The position numbers were made by a program, and so were the translations under genes. From Mizuhopecten yessoensis (taxonomy: Eukaryota), in assembly GCF_002113885.1 (NCBI RefSeq), contig NW_018408912.1, positions 520,947-584,946 of the forward strand: 64,000 bases of DNA, given 5' to 3'. The notes below the pieces were generated by a model. The model did no database searches, was not told where the DNA came from, and was given only the letters and a program-made list of their open reading frames with translations. Numbering within the stretch: position 1 is the first letter of the stretch; each line of letters begins with the position of its first letter. This document shows positions 25,790 to 39,005 of this stretch, in pieces.

Positions 25790-28003
25790 GTAGCGTATGC
25801 CATTTCTTTTCTACTTTCAGTTTGTCTCCCACTTCACCTCTGACTGACTTGACAGCTACATTGTCCATGGTTTATAATCCCCGCCATTGATATAAATATA
25901 ATCTTATCAGGCCACTGCACAATGGAACTACATGCTGACAAGTGCAGGGTCGATGTCTTGGTCCCAACAGTAAATCCAATACACAGGATTGTTTACATCC
26001 TAACATACAGGTTGCTTGCTCCACATGCCAGCAATCAATGTTTAAATTTGGGAGGCAAATTCTGGCCTTTGATGATATGGACCAATGTGCTAATGCTACA
26101 CTCTGATTGGCTGATGCCCCTTTGTCAAACAATCAATTAATCACAGTGCTGTGATGATCTATTTCATATGTCAAGTGATTCAGATGGAAGGGAAGGCAAA
26201 TAATAATAGAGCAATAAATAAAGAAGTTGGGTTTTCCCTTATTTATTTTCCTTTAGGTTGCAAATATGCTGTGTACACAGGTTAAATGGTTGCATTATTT
26301 ATTCATAATCCTGAGCAGCATGAATCAATTTTAATTTTACAAAGGATTTACAAATTACTATTTTTGTTATATTTTACAACTGATAAGCATTTATTTAATT
26401 ATCTTTCCATTTCTTGAATTTTTGAGGTAAAGTGTTGGTTTTATGTACTTCTCAATTGTATGTTCCCCATTTGAAGGAACTCCTGATTTACATTAAACTT
26501 TATGAATAACATTTAGAAAGATAGGTTTCCTATGAAATTGTATACATTTGGCAAATTAATGTCATTCACAATTGTAAAAACCTGTTTACATGACATCACT
26601 GTTTGTATATTACTGGGATGTACCAATTTCCAAGGTCTTTAACTTGAAACAATGGTATGAAGATGATTCTTTGCCTAGCTATAGCTATAATGATATGATA
26701 GATAATGGGTATTGGTAGGAAGTGTTTCAGATCTGATATTCTTACCTGTTTATGAACCTATCGCATAATGTTTGAAGCAATTATTCAAACATGCTCATTA
26801 GTAATCCAAGTTGTTTATTAGTTTTAATTATTTAAAGCGTTTGAAAGAAACTGATACTTTTAAGTAAGGCTGTTCAGTTTTTATAGGAATCTGGGTCTGA
26901 TAATGTGTGCCCTTATACCCATCTTCTGATGGGTAACTGTGTGTGATTGTGTTTGTCAGAAAAAGAAGAGAATGTAATGCTTCGTTTAATATCCCAGCCA
27001 AATTTTGTTTTAAATGACGGGATGATATTTTTAGTATCTTGTTACATGTTCAGGAGTAACGTTGTTATTTTGTTTTCTCACAGTGACTTGGGCAGAACTA
27101 GTGTTACAGTAGACATAACTTGTACTTGTAAATAAATGGAATATGTTGGTTTTTACTTAAAAAAATTCAGTATATGATTGTTTGATTTCTTGACTGCAGC
27201 GTTAAATTGATTGTACCGTGTCAAGCCTGCCAATGTTATACAAGAAACAGGTCTGCGAAAATCTGCATATGTCTTGCTTCCTGTTGCACATGTGAAATAA
27301 ATGTGTCAACATGCGTATTTGCTCATGTTGTGAAAGTTACCGCAACTCGTGACTTGCATACCGGTATATGGGTTAAAGATGTATTGTTTTTCGGTTATAA
27401 ACAGCTGGTCAGAGAAAAGATGTGTCCATCAGTGAGGTTAAATCACATTCATTGTGATTATAATGTTTTTGTTTTCTGATGATATTGACCAGCTACATTA
27501 AACATCAATGTTTTGCATCGGTCAAGTATTTCAAGTACCAGGGTACAAGCTTAGGTTTCAAATTGCGGGTACAATAAGGTATTTAGTATGTCCCTGAAAT
27601 AACTGATATATTGGCAGTCAAAGATGCTAAAACTTGACCATATGAAATGCAAGATAAGTTGACAAACATTTTATAAAACTTAAATTCTGATAGTATTATT
27701 AAATATGCATTATCGCTAACAGTTTAAACCTACTTGGTTTCTCTTAACTTGATCTTTGAAACTTGATCTTTGAAACAAGCTGCAGGAGTCATGATTAAAC
27801 TTCATGCGCTTATTTACATCTAGAAATTGAAAGTATGTGTACAATCTCAAAGTGAGGCTGTATCAGCCATCGCTTGGGGCAGATGACGAGATAGTAAAGT
27901 TGTCTCCCTTATTTTTTTTTTAGTTTTGCAGTATTTGCATTTCATTTTATCTACTGGTCAGTTAAAACTTTTTTCACCAATAAACTTGTTCATGTTGATA
28001 TGA

Positions 28004-28107
28004 GTTCTTTGTTAAGCAAATGCTTTTCAGGAGAAATATAAGTTCTTGGTCAAGCAAATGCTTTTCAGGAGAAATATACGTTCTTGGTCAAGCAAATGCT
28101 TTTTAGG
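28004..28107. repeat. 38-bp tandem repeat, ~2.7 copies (intron 1)
   Basis: GTTCTTGGTCAAGCAAATGCTTTTCAGGAGAAATATAN at 28004, 28042 and 28080. Confidence 0.9.
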
Positions 28108-30160
28108 GCAAAGTGTGACTTAAAGTATTGTATAAAGCAACCGTAAATTCAGAAAATAATAGCGAATTAGTTGTCAATGAAAATGTGTCTTGAGAATTTT
28201 TCATAATTATGTGAGAGACCAATTTTGTCACTTTTTTTCATGGTAAAGAAATTCATAACCTAACTTGTCCCAAGGTTTTGATTCTTGAAAACACAAAATA
28301 ATTAATAATCGTTATTTAAACAAGGACCAGTAAATGAATCAAGACTGAGCAATTTGTCTGCTAAGTGAATAACCAAAAACTATTTTGTCAAGAAAAAATA
28401 ATGGTTTCTTAAAGATTTTAAATAAGTATATCTGAGATATATATGGAACAATGAAAAAATCCAACTTGAAATAGACAGCAGTAGGATGGCACGTGTCATA
28501 ATACTGTCATTTTGTCCTGCTGTAAAATTACAGGTAGATCCTATGTGTGATAAAAGAAGTAGTTCCAGTGCATTGTCCATGTGACTAGGATTAATGCACT
28601 ACTTGACACCACATGGAAAGTTGTTTACACACACCCACTCAGGCTGTAGTCATTATGCTGATTAGCCATGTGCTTTTTGACAATCAGTCATTGGCTGTTG
28701 AAGAATGTAAACAGCCGGCAGATCTATCTTCTGGACTCTGAGTAATTGTGAATGGGATAATGGGAAGTTACACACACTTCGCACACATGGGGGCTCTTTT
28801 ATGATTGGTATATATGAATGAATGACTAGGTCACAACCTGTATGTGTTTTCCTGCCAACTTTATCTGCATCTATTCATGCTACTATATACACATTCCGGA
28901 GGGGATTTACTATTAAATCCCTCGGTAAAGAGTTCAAAGATTTAATAGTAATATTGATTGAATGCATTGATATGGCTTAAAGAAATTAGATTGGTTTTTG
29001 CTTTTTAATTTTACATAGGCTAAATACTCAAAATGATGCAGTGTTACAACTTAATTATGAATTTAACTTTCGTGTCATATAAAGCATTCATAATGTTAAA
29101 GAAACAGATCCATACTTTTGGTGAAATCTTACTTCAAGCAGCATATAATTTATAAGATAGATAGTAAGGTAAGTACTTGGCTAGATAATAGATTCAATTT
29201 CAAAAATGATTTTTTTATATTGATGGAATTTAAATATTAATACAAAATCTATTCTTAATGGTGCTTGTCCAAATAAAGATAATTTGTATATATCGGGGGG
29301 GGGGGGAATGTTCTTCTAGTTTCAAATGGAGACATTGATTAGTAGGGATGCAATTACATTGATACAAGTGTGATTTGTGAAAGGGAATGAAGGTCAACTG
29401 TTTGGGGAAAAAATAACCCACTTATACAAGGACAGTGTTTATATCCCAGCTTCAAACAAATTCAGGGTTATTTCATAGTATTTACCATGTCCATCGAGTG
29501 ATATATAATTCAAAGCTCTATTCAGCATCATTTAACAGATTGACTCTTATTTAAGAAATGTAGTATGAAAAATTGTCCTCAAAGCCCTCACTTCATGTTG
29601 ATAAATATAGCTTTCCTGTGGAAAAAAGGAAATTTTAGGTAAAACTGAATTATATATAGCTGTACAGGGTCACATCCATAAATAAATGTAATATGGACAG
29701 GTGCTATTGTTTATCAGAAAAAAGTGCATAAAATCTCTAGGATCAACAATTAATAAGTGCATTACCCTAAATAAAAAATATTATTTTTTGTTGCCTCATG
29801 ACCAGTTGTTATCATTTTATTGACATAGTGATTTTAGCACAAGTGAAACAGGAAATAAATAGTTGCCTTGTTGTTAGTCATAAGGTACTTGGTGTGTTTT
29901 CTATTTTGTGTACAGATTTGGAAAATGAAAATATTAAATAATAGTTGTGATGTTGTTATCAATGGGATGTGTATTGTGTTATTTGTTTTACATGGTCCTG
30001 GTTTGTCATAATGTAAAATCCTATGCATGTGATCCATTGAGGGTCACAGGAGTTGATACTTTGCATGCTCATACATTGTAGAAAGTACCAAAGGGAATGA
30101 AATGTTTGAGCTGTTTGTTACTTGATGAAGTAACATAAATAAGGAACTGCAGTTAATAAT

Positions 30161-30570
30161 TGTCTCCCCTTCACATTAAGCCTCAAGGGAGACATCATTA
30201 TTGACTACTTTCTGCTTTTCTAATAACATCTCACAAGTCTGTATTGTAAGTATTACACATATATCTTGATGAAATTTAATATAGTTTATCTGCATCATCT
30301 GGAAGGTGTGCAGTGCATTGTAATGAGGTCATTGTGACCTTTGTCTCTTTGTCGAAATTGGTTTGGTCCATATATTTGTAACCGTCTAAAGATATCTTAA
30401 TAAAATTTGGAAGTGTACCTGCATTGCCTACAGAAGGTGTGAAGTGCACTGAACTCGCAGTGACCTTCACCTTAAGGTCAAATTTGTTCTGAAATCTTGA
30501 CGCTGTGATCATGACTATACCTGCATCACATTAGTCACCGTCACCTTCACCTCTAGGTCAAAGGTTAAAA
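30161..30570 (+). mobile_element. Old Helentron/DINE-like non-autonomous element remnant (intron 1)
   Basis: 5' hairpin TGTCTCCC..GGGAGACA (30161-30194). Internal repeats CTTGATGAAA..TACCTGCATCA..AAGGTGTGCAGTGCA..GTGACCTT are shared with 38440-38960. Confidence 0.55.
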
Positions 30571-31581
30571 AAATCACCTAAAACAAGTAGGGCTGTCATG
30601 AAAAATATAAGTCCTGGAAACTTGACATTCGACCCATGCAAAAACACAATAACTGTTTACTGTTATCAGTTGATAATATGTAACTGAAAAAACATGAATT
30701 AACCCTTGTATGCAAGTTGCAATAATGATTGAGCTGAAAGGCGATTTCTTTTACACGTTTACTGAAGTAGAGACAATTCATGCTTTACACTGGCATGCTC
30801 CACTCCGGCACGGTACAGTTACCTTTTAGTTGCAATAAAGAGATCAAATCACAGAACATTATAATGCATTAAACCAGCAAAATCTCTTTGATTGACACAT
30901 CAGAATCAATAAATGAATTATCCTCAATAAATAAAGTTTATTATAAAATAAAGTATAAAGTTAGTCTTGCTCAAGTCATTCCATCACATGTCTGACATGA
31001 CTGAAATTCGAAGGGGATCCCCAGGGGAAATACAGCCATGAGTAAACAATGTTGCTCTTGAACAGGTTCTAAACGGATGAATGGCGAGTAAAAGCAAAAC
31101 AATGGCTGGAATATTAAAATAGTTCATTCGTTTACTTTGTTGGGCAGTAATGAACAATGTCGTTTTTGACAGGTACCCATGTACACATTTTCAGACATTT
31201 GTTCCAAACCAAACAGTATTAAGTACTCCTTAAAGCCTAAAGAGAGAGATCATTTTTCATTACAAACAAATTCAAGTTGGATTTTGTGCTTGAAGTAAAA
31301 GTTAATTTGCAATTGCAAGGGGATTTATTGAATAATTTGTACATAAAACCAACAAGTTGGGGGAACAAGATTCAATGGATTTATGGTGGATTTCTTTGCA
31401 CATATTCAAAATTGATTGTAGATATATTCCTATTTCTTTCGTACAATACAATGTTTTATGGTAATTTATTTGAGACTTATTGGGATATCAGTTTGTATGT
31501 TGAAAAAAATTGGATTGTCTTAATCAGAACTTATCTTACAGATTTGTTGCATTTATTGAAACATGATGAAATATTTTGCAG

Positions 31582-31746
31582 AGTATGGGAGAAATGAACC
31601 AACCAAGACCGGGTTACACCTCACCAGGCAACTACCCGCCCCAGAGTCAGTACGGCCAGCAATTCTCGCCCAATTCACGCTTTGGCATGATGAGTGGTAA
31701 TTCCAGTCGCCCTAACCAGATGGGAAGCCAGGGGTTTTCAAACCAG
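31582..31746 (+). CDS. ARID1: ARID1 coding exon 2
   Basis: ttttgcag|AGT ATG GGA..AAC CAG|gtgaaa. Translates SMGEMNQPRPGY..GFSNQ. Phase 0-0. Confidence 0.9.
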
Positions 31747-33071
31747 GTGAAAAATATTTATTTTTCTAAACATTGCACTTCTAATGTATCAAACTGACCT
31801 AAGATAGATAATTATATATTCAATGTTTATTTTATTCTTTAATAAATTAATCCGTCAGTTATGATTTGCATTAATAATAAAACAGTATTGGTCAGTTTTG
31901 TTGTTAATTGCTTTTTCCTGACAATATAATTCACAATTAATTGCTTTGCTTTTTCTCTATAAACACTGTAATGGATTAAGTTTTGTTTATGTCAAATGGG
32001 ATATAATAGATGATAGTTTTGACCCAAAGGTATTCCAGTTTTACTAACTTCACTACTATATTCAATTTCCTTTAAATACCCTGTAATTTAGGTGCAGACT
32101 TGTTTCAATGAAATTTTCCCAGTTGAAAAAAAATCGATTAAAAAAAGGAAAATGTAATGTGATGTTTCAATTGATACTTATTAAATATTCATATACAATG
32201 AAATCAAATACATGTCCATTCATGACTATTCTGAATGAAAAAAACATCAGCTTACAAATATACAAAAGTTATTGTGTATCAAGATTTATAAGCTAATATG
32301 CAAATGTATGCCCTATTTATTTACCTCCGATTTGTAGGTCTTGCACCGTTGTAATTGATGGAGTTTCTGTTGTTTGATACAAAAAAATAATTTTGTAAAT
32401 GAATTGCCTTTGAACTCCCAAGAATGCAAGCTTGATTTGTTCAAAGCGGTATTTGCAATATTAAAACTTAAATCATAAAATAATTGTATAAGTTACTTAA
32501 CAGGAAAGAAAAAAAAAGAAAAAAATGTTGAAGTTAAGTTATTTAAGGTCAAGTAACTTTTGCATTTTGAAAAGTTCATCAGGATTTGACCTTTGGCATG
32601 TGTTGAGGTATAACCGCGCCATTTATCACATGAACATTGAGATGTTTGTAAATTATCTGCATATCTTGGATAATGTAGTAACAAGACACCACGGTGTAAG
32701 GCCAGCTGGTCAAGTTTAATATGACGATCATGGGTTAGAAAGGATATTGGATTTTGTAATATTTATCATATGTGGAAACAAAACCATTTGGGAAATAATA
32801 GTTGAACATTTATATTTTAAGAGATTTAGCTAGCTACATGTACATATTATTACTAACATCACCTGCTTTATTCATGTCTTACCAAAAACTAGGGTATTAA
32901 AAAGTCCAAAAAATGTTTGCATTAATAAAAAAAAAATCCTGCTTTCTAAAAAGATAGATAAATAAGGGAAATAAATAAGACACATTTTGTACTATAAACG
33001 ATCTTAAAAAAAAAAAATCATAGAGCCCAGACTATTTTCAATAAGGCGTTCGCTTTCGTTGTTGCATGTAG

Positions 33072-33446
33072 GGTGTTCCCTACGGTCACCAGCAACAATA
33101 TGGTCAGCAACAGTCTAACCCTGTGTCTACTGGATACTGTGGGTCACCCTCTCAACCTTCTCCTTCTTGCTCGTCCTTGCTTCAACCTCACCCTCCATCT
33201 CAGCAGCTACCCCCACAGATGTCGGGCCAGCCCCCGGGGCCCACACCTCCTCCACCTGGAGCGCGACCGTCACCATCGCCGTCTGAATCATCTGTACATT
33301 CTCTGCCACAACAATCATCGCCATCACCATCACAGTCTTCATCAACACGTCAACAGCAACAACCTCCAAACACAGCATCATCGTCACCAAAGCAGCAGCA
33401 ACAGTCAGCCCAACCCACCAGTCAAAATCAACAGTCAAGTCCTGTA
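33072..33446 (+). CDS. ARID1: ARID1 coding exon 3 (P/Q/S-rich)
   Basis: catgtag|GGT GTT CCC TAC..CCT GTA|gtaagt. Translates GVPYGHQQQYGQQ..QQSSPV. Phase 0-0. Confidence 0.88.
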
Positions 33447-35156
33447 GTAAGTATTGTACTATCAGGTCCCTTCAACATAGCAGTGGTATCGGACACTACT
33501 TGATCCCCAACCTGGTGTCAGTAATATCCAGTACTACCCCATCCTCTGTGTTACATAGTGGCATGGCATTGTATCCCTCCAGTAGACTGTTGTCTACTCT
33601 CAACCCATCCTGCCTCCCTACACTCCCTGTCTTTCTACTCTTCCCCCTACACTACAATTTCTATCCCCCCATTCTTATCCTATCACTTGTTTATATTCTC
33701 ATCTCCCCCTTTCAAACAATTACTTTGCTACCTTTTCCATTCTTCAATTCTTTCAGCATCTGTCATAGACCATTCTTACTAGCCTTTCTATTCTCCCATT
33801 CTTCTGCCTACCTTTCCTGTCCACTACTATTTCCATTTTCCCTTTCCTTCATGACCTCACATTGTTTATTCCTGTCTTCTCCACTCGATGTTTAGCTCTC
33901 TTATCCTGTCCGTTTCCCAACTTCCTATCATAACCATGTCAAATATTTATATATTCTATTTCACATATCAGTCTCTCATTGGACAACATTGTTTATTAAT
34001 CATATCGCATCATAGCCTATCCCAATCTTCTAAAGCAATGTTGAATAGTGTTAACTGTCCGATACATGTCCAGAACTACATTATACCCCGTCTTCTGCAT
34101 GGCCGAAAGAAACTTATAAGCTTTACATATTAGATTATGTAACTTTATCTTTTTTCATCAACATGCCTATTTGTACCATATTACTGTTTCTGATGTATTA
34201 TGTGAATTTTTCCAGTATATTTAATTAACACTTATCCTGCTTGCACACTAATTTCTTTCAAATAACTGATTTAATGATATGTTGATTTGTAATAATTAAA
34301 AACTGTCAGATATTTTTCAGCAAAAGAAAGAGGTGGATTTTTGTTTGCAATTTAAAAATTTGTTTTGATAAAACTTGAATTACTTCGATATGTTAGTACC
34401 TTTCCTTAGATTGTTGTGATGTTCAAATATATTTAGCCAATACATTAGTTTTCATGAATTATACTCTGCACTTAGTTTTGTGTGTGTGTGTAATATTAAT
34501 TGCTTTGGTGGTATGTGTTTGCTTCTCTACAGATGAAGTTTATACTTGCACCATAATATGGTTACATCAAGCTCCAAACCTGATTCAAAGTTTGTGGTCA
34601 TCGGTCAAAATAGAAAACGTCACCTGTTTACACATGACCACTTTTGAATTGACAATCTTTTTTATCTAAGTCTTTTAGTACATTTAGTTTATATTTACAC
34701 CATAGTATGGTAAAAACAATTTCCACACCTGATAGTTTTGGTGGCCATCAGTGAGGGTCAATAGTCTCACTTGACAGTTGACACACTTTTGAAGTAAAAT
34801 CCTTACATGTGTCTTACTTTGTTTGGGGGGTGATGGAAAGGGCCGGAACATGGATATTATTTGAGAAGTGTTGGATAACTACTATTTCTGATTGTTTTTT
34901 TTAGGGGATAGTTTGATTTTATAAAAAATGTTGATAATAGGAATGTATCCTGGTCCATTTGACTAGATATTCTAATCACAGAGCAAAATCAAGTAGAAAA
35001 ATAAACAAAAGTTAGCCAGTTCTAAATGGGTCTGAGACAGGTCAGAGGGGGATATAGAATGGTAAAATGAACTCAATATCTTGTTTAATGAAATTTGGTT
35101 TCATTGAACATGACAACATCAGCAAAACTTGAAACTTGTATTGTTTGAATTTTCAG

Positions 35157-35219
35157 GGAAGCAATTCCAGTTGGAGTGCCTCAAACAAAAAAGCCAATGA
35201 GGATAGTGAAGTTACAGCG
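35157..35219 (+). CDS. ARID1: ARID1 coding exon 4 (63 nt; not in ORF track)
   Basis: ttttcag|GGA AGC AAT..ACA GCG|gtaagg. Translates GSNSSWSASNKKANEDSEVTA. Symmetric phase 0-0. Confidence 0.75.
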
Positions 35220-35557
35220 GTAAGGTTTTCAATTTTATTTGTGTTAGCTTAGTTATGTTTATAGAACTGTCTGATTACTGAACATTGATGTTAGGAATCT
35301 ATGAATCAATCTTTCTAATTAAACTCGTCTACAGAGAAAGTATGCAAATTCAAATATATGCTGACAATGCAATAGTCCTAAAACCCCATCCCATACCCAA
35401 AATTTGACAAGGCCATATAGGGATTTTTTATGCCTCATTTAAGAGCCAAAAACAAGTTTCTTTCCCTACCAAAAAAATGGCTTTAATTTTTTTTAAATCA
35501 AGAAAAATGAAGAACAAAAATGAAGAACATCTTCCAAGTCTCTTAGATATTGCTATA

Positions 35558-35942
35558 TTTTTATCCCCCTTTTTCGAAGAAAATGGGGGATATTCAAATT
35601 GGCCCCTCTGCCCATTAGGTTTAGCTTACATGTAATAATAACTGTCCTAAAGGTAGTCAATTTCAACAGAATATGGTTTGCACATACATATTAATTTGAG
35701 GTCGAGCTCAGTCGTGAAGGTGAAGGATACAATTTTGTGATTGGCTATTCCATGCAGCAACTGCTCTAATAATGGGTCAATTTCAACCAAATTTGTTCTG
35801 CACATACATATTGACATGTCTCGGGCCGAGTTCAATCGTGAATGTTATTTGTGCATTTTAACGCCTAATTGATTAGGTAACAACAGGCTACATGTGAAAC
35901 ATGTCCTAAGAGCGGGGATATGAATTCTGTGAATTTGTTTGT
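35558..35942 (+). mobile_element. Short, apparently complete Helentron/DINE-like non-autonomous element (intron 4)
   Basis: 5' T-run plus the inverted repeat ATCCCCC-TTTTT..GAAAAT-GGGGGAT. Two internal repeats GTCAATTTCAAC..TGCACATACATATT. 3' subTIR GGGGATA plus the AATTC-TGT-GAATT hairpin and T-rich end. Confidence 0.65.
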
Positions 35943-37740
35943 CCCCATTCATGTAGACACATTTTAGGTAGAAAAACACTGCCTTTCTTGCCATATATTT
36001 ATCCTATAATTCCAAGAGGCAAACATATAAGCTCTGACTTGAAGTAGCGAGGTGACCTTATTAAAGGAAAATGAAATAACTTTGGTGAATTGTAATAGAT
36101 TTGTGTAGGGTTATTACCAGGCATGGGCTTATTACCAGATAAACTCAGTATACAATCAGTTAATACTAAACTGCTGAAATATCACATTGAGATGAGACTG
36201 ATGTTAAATTTAGTGGTGCTGAAAATAGCCACAAGTAAGCTTATCAAGTAGTTTTAAATCAAACTTTATTTCGAGTATTCATTGAAGGGAAACCACTTAT
36301 CAACTAATCAGAAGGACAAATTTATTGACTATGCATAAATATACACATATATTATATTTATTAACACGAGACTTAACATTATGTATGTGTATATACTGAA
36401 TGTTGTTGAAATTGAACAATTTTTGTAACACCTGAAGCAGGTGAGGTAAAGTGATCGTTGTTGTGTCTAGGAATCTGTTTTGTTAGTGAATCTTTTTTCT
36501 ACCAGAATGTTGGTAACCCTTTTTGCAAATAAAAAGAAATGGATCACAGTACCATTTTATATATCAAATAATGTTTTCCAGAGTAGATTTTCTTTTCCAG
36601 GTTTTAATGTCTACAATTTCAACATAAACTCTTATAAAGTTGCATTGTCCATAGGTTTTCATTGATTTGAATATTTTTTCTACAGTTGAATATGGTCTCT
36701 GTACAAAGTAATACATTTCCAAATTGACCTCTTAGTAATTATTGCCTTTGCTCTGAAACAACTAAAATGCAGAGGCTTCAAAATAATTTCACTTAGTTTA
36801 GTTGTATGGGTAGTGTAATGTGAAGGAAGTCCTATATCTTAAGCCTTACTATTACCTGCAGAGCATGTGAACTCGATGTTGTTGAAACTCCTGTGTACAT
36901 CATGTTATCATACAATTTACTGTCCACCGATTGTTGACCCTCTTCTCTCCATGCACTGTTTTGCTATCCCAAAATACTGCAACACCAGTGATTTGAATGT
37001 GACAGAAGATGACTAGAATTTCATGTCTGTGTGGTTTTGGAGAACCATACAAAGTGATGCAACTTCTTCATACAAATTTTATTTCAGATATTGCTAAGCC
37101 GAGTTTGCATATTGTTTATTGTACTGTGGGTCTAAATAATTGGTAAATACTAGAATATCAATTTATTGTTACAGTACTAGGGTAGAGTACTTGTATTACA
37201 ACCCCATGAATTTCAGACGCCATAAAGGCAAAGAAGACTAATTTGTAATTGTTGAAATAAGTTGAAGACTATCCCACCAACAAAGAATCTACACTGCCAG
37301 AGTTAACAATCACTGTGGACTTCATAGTCTAAAGTTCAGAAAAAAGGGGGTTCAGATGCCTTGATGCCATTCCTTCAACATTTGGATATATGCAGATCTT
37401 ATACACTGGAAATGTCACAGGTCTTATTGGCAAGTTCATGTAATGGAAAATTTTACCTGTGGGCTTAAGACACAGGCTGGGACAGAAACTTTTTTGAGGT
37501 GAAAAACATTTAGGACTTAGTTTCTGTACATCTCGTATAACAATAAGTTGTTGTATAGGCTTGCATGATATATTGATATTAGTATAATTTTACAGTGTTA
37601 AAGTGTGTACCTCTTGTTGTCATGTTATTTGTCAGAACAAATTGAATGTAATACGAAATGTGAAATTAACAGAAATATTTTTTTACCCTGCAAAAATGGA
37701 TTTGTTTACTAGAAACTTCTACTGTAAATATTAGTATGTA

Positions 37741-37874
37741 CAGTTGTGGGATCGCACAACGTTACACGATGTGCGGTGTGCGCACGATGTGTGCACGATG
37801 TGCGGACGGTGTGTGAACGATGTATGCACGGTGTGCGCACGCTATTTTTGGTGCGTTGTGCGGTCCCACAACTG
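37741..37874. mobile_element. 134-bp MITE (Tc1/mariner-like termini) with internal 12-bp repeats
   Basis: TIRs CAGTTGTGGGATCGCACAACG / CGTTGTGCGGTCCCACAACTG (20/21 match), flanked by TA (in fact TATGTA) on both sides. Internal GCACGATGTGTG-like units. Confidence 0.88.
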
Positions 37875-38164
37875 TATGTAACTTCCTGTGCCTTGCCATA
37901 GGGGCCATTTAGTGTTGGCCATTACCATCAGTCCGCTGATCAATCTGTTCATATGTCTTGGTTAGGCATAACATTAACTCTATTTCTTGGATACTACAAG
38001 TTGCAGTCTTCTAAATTTATTTTCAGATACATTTCCAAGAGAACTTTATCAAAATGTGACATCTAGATCACTGTGACTTCTATTTTTTGCTTCACAGATT
38101 TTAGTTAGACTAAGCATATTATCTCCATATGTGGGTTATATAAATATGTTCTGAATGTCAGTAT

Positions 38165-38225
38165 ATCGTCCATAGTTACACTCACAATTTAAGAATCGTC
38201 CATAGTTACACTCACAATTTAAGAA
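38165..38225. repeat. 30-bp perfect tandem duplication
   Basis: ATCGTCCATAGTTACACTCACAATTTAAGA x2. Confidence 0.92.
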
Positions 38226-38439
38226 ACGAGACTACAAAAATATATCCCCACTTGTCATCAAACCATCATTGAAGACAACATTTGTTTTTCACCGCAACAC
38301 ATATTCAAGTGTATTATGCCTCTGCTTTTGCTTTGCACTAAACCAAGTTATATGAATTCTCGGCCATTACTGGAAAAACCATGATTGTTTTACTAGACTA
38401 GGTCTGTACAAGAAAATATGTTTATCCTTCATTTTATAA

Positions 38440-39005
38440 TCTTGTCATAGCTTTTAAATTGAAAAAGACCTCTTTATGAAACTTGAAGTATGTCTCCACT
38501 TCATATGAAGGTTGTATTGTATTAGCATAACTTGTCAGGGTCTTAACTTTTAAACTGGAAAAGAAATCTTGATGAAACTTGAAGTATACCTGCATCACCC
38601 AAATGGGGTGTGCAGTGCACTGTGATTAGGTCAGTTTGACATTAAGCTAATGGTCAAAGGGCTAGCAAGTACAAAATTAAAAATGAAATTTGTATAGGTT
38701 TTGAACCACCAAAGACTCCAACAGATGATGTTCAACGATGAGGTCAAGGTGACCTTCAGCCCTAGGTGAAAGGTCAAATAAGTAGAAAAGTTCAGTTTTA
38801 TAAAATTGAGACTATTAAGGATAACTTGATGAAACTTACCGTACCAGAGGTATACCTGCATCACCTGCATCACCTGCATCACCCAAAGGTGTGCAGTTCA
38901 CCGTGACCTTCACAGCTACATCAAAGGTGAAATAAAGTGCCAATACAATTTACATTGGGTATTAAAGGGAGATGTATGTTTTTTTTTACAAAAACAAATT
39001 TGTGT
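38440..39005 (+). mobile_element. Old Helentron/DINE-like remnant, 3' part (same family as 30161-30570)
   Basis: Repeats TGATGAAACTT..TATACCTGCATCACCCAAA..GTGTGCAGT at ~38476, 38570 and 38827. Ends in GGGAGA plus a GTTTTT..AAAAAC hairpin. Confidence 0.5.

Noticed and set aside
25790-25843. ORF-track extensions beyond donors (VAYAISFLL.., also VKNIYF.., ERHIRCF.., VRFIPIY..)
   Set aside because: Intronic read-through; composition changes exactly at the canonical GT donors.
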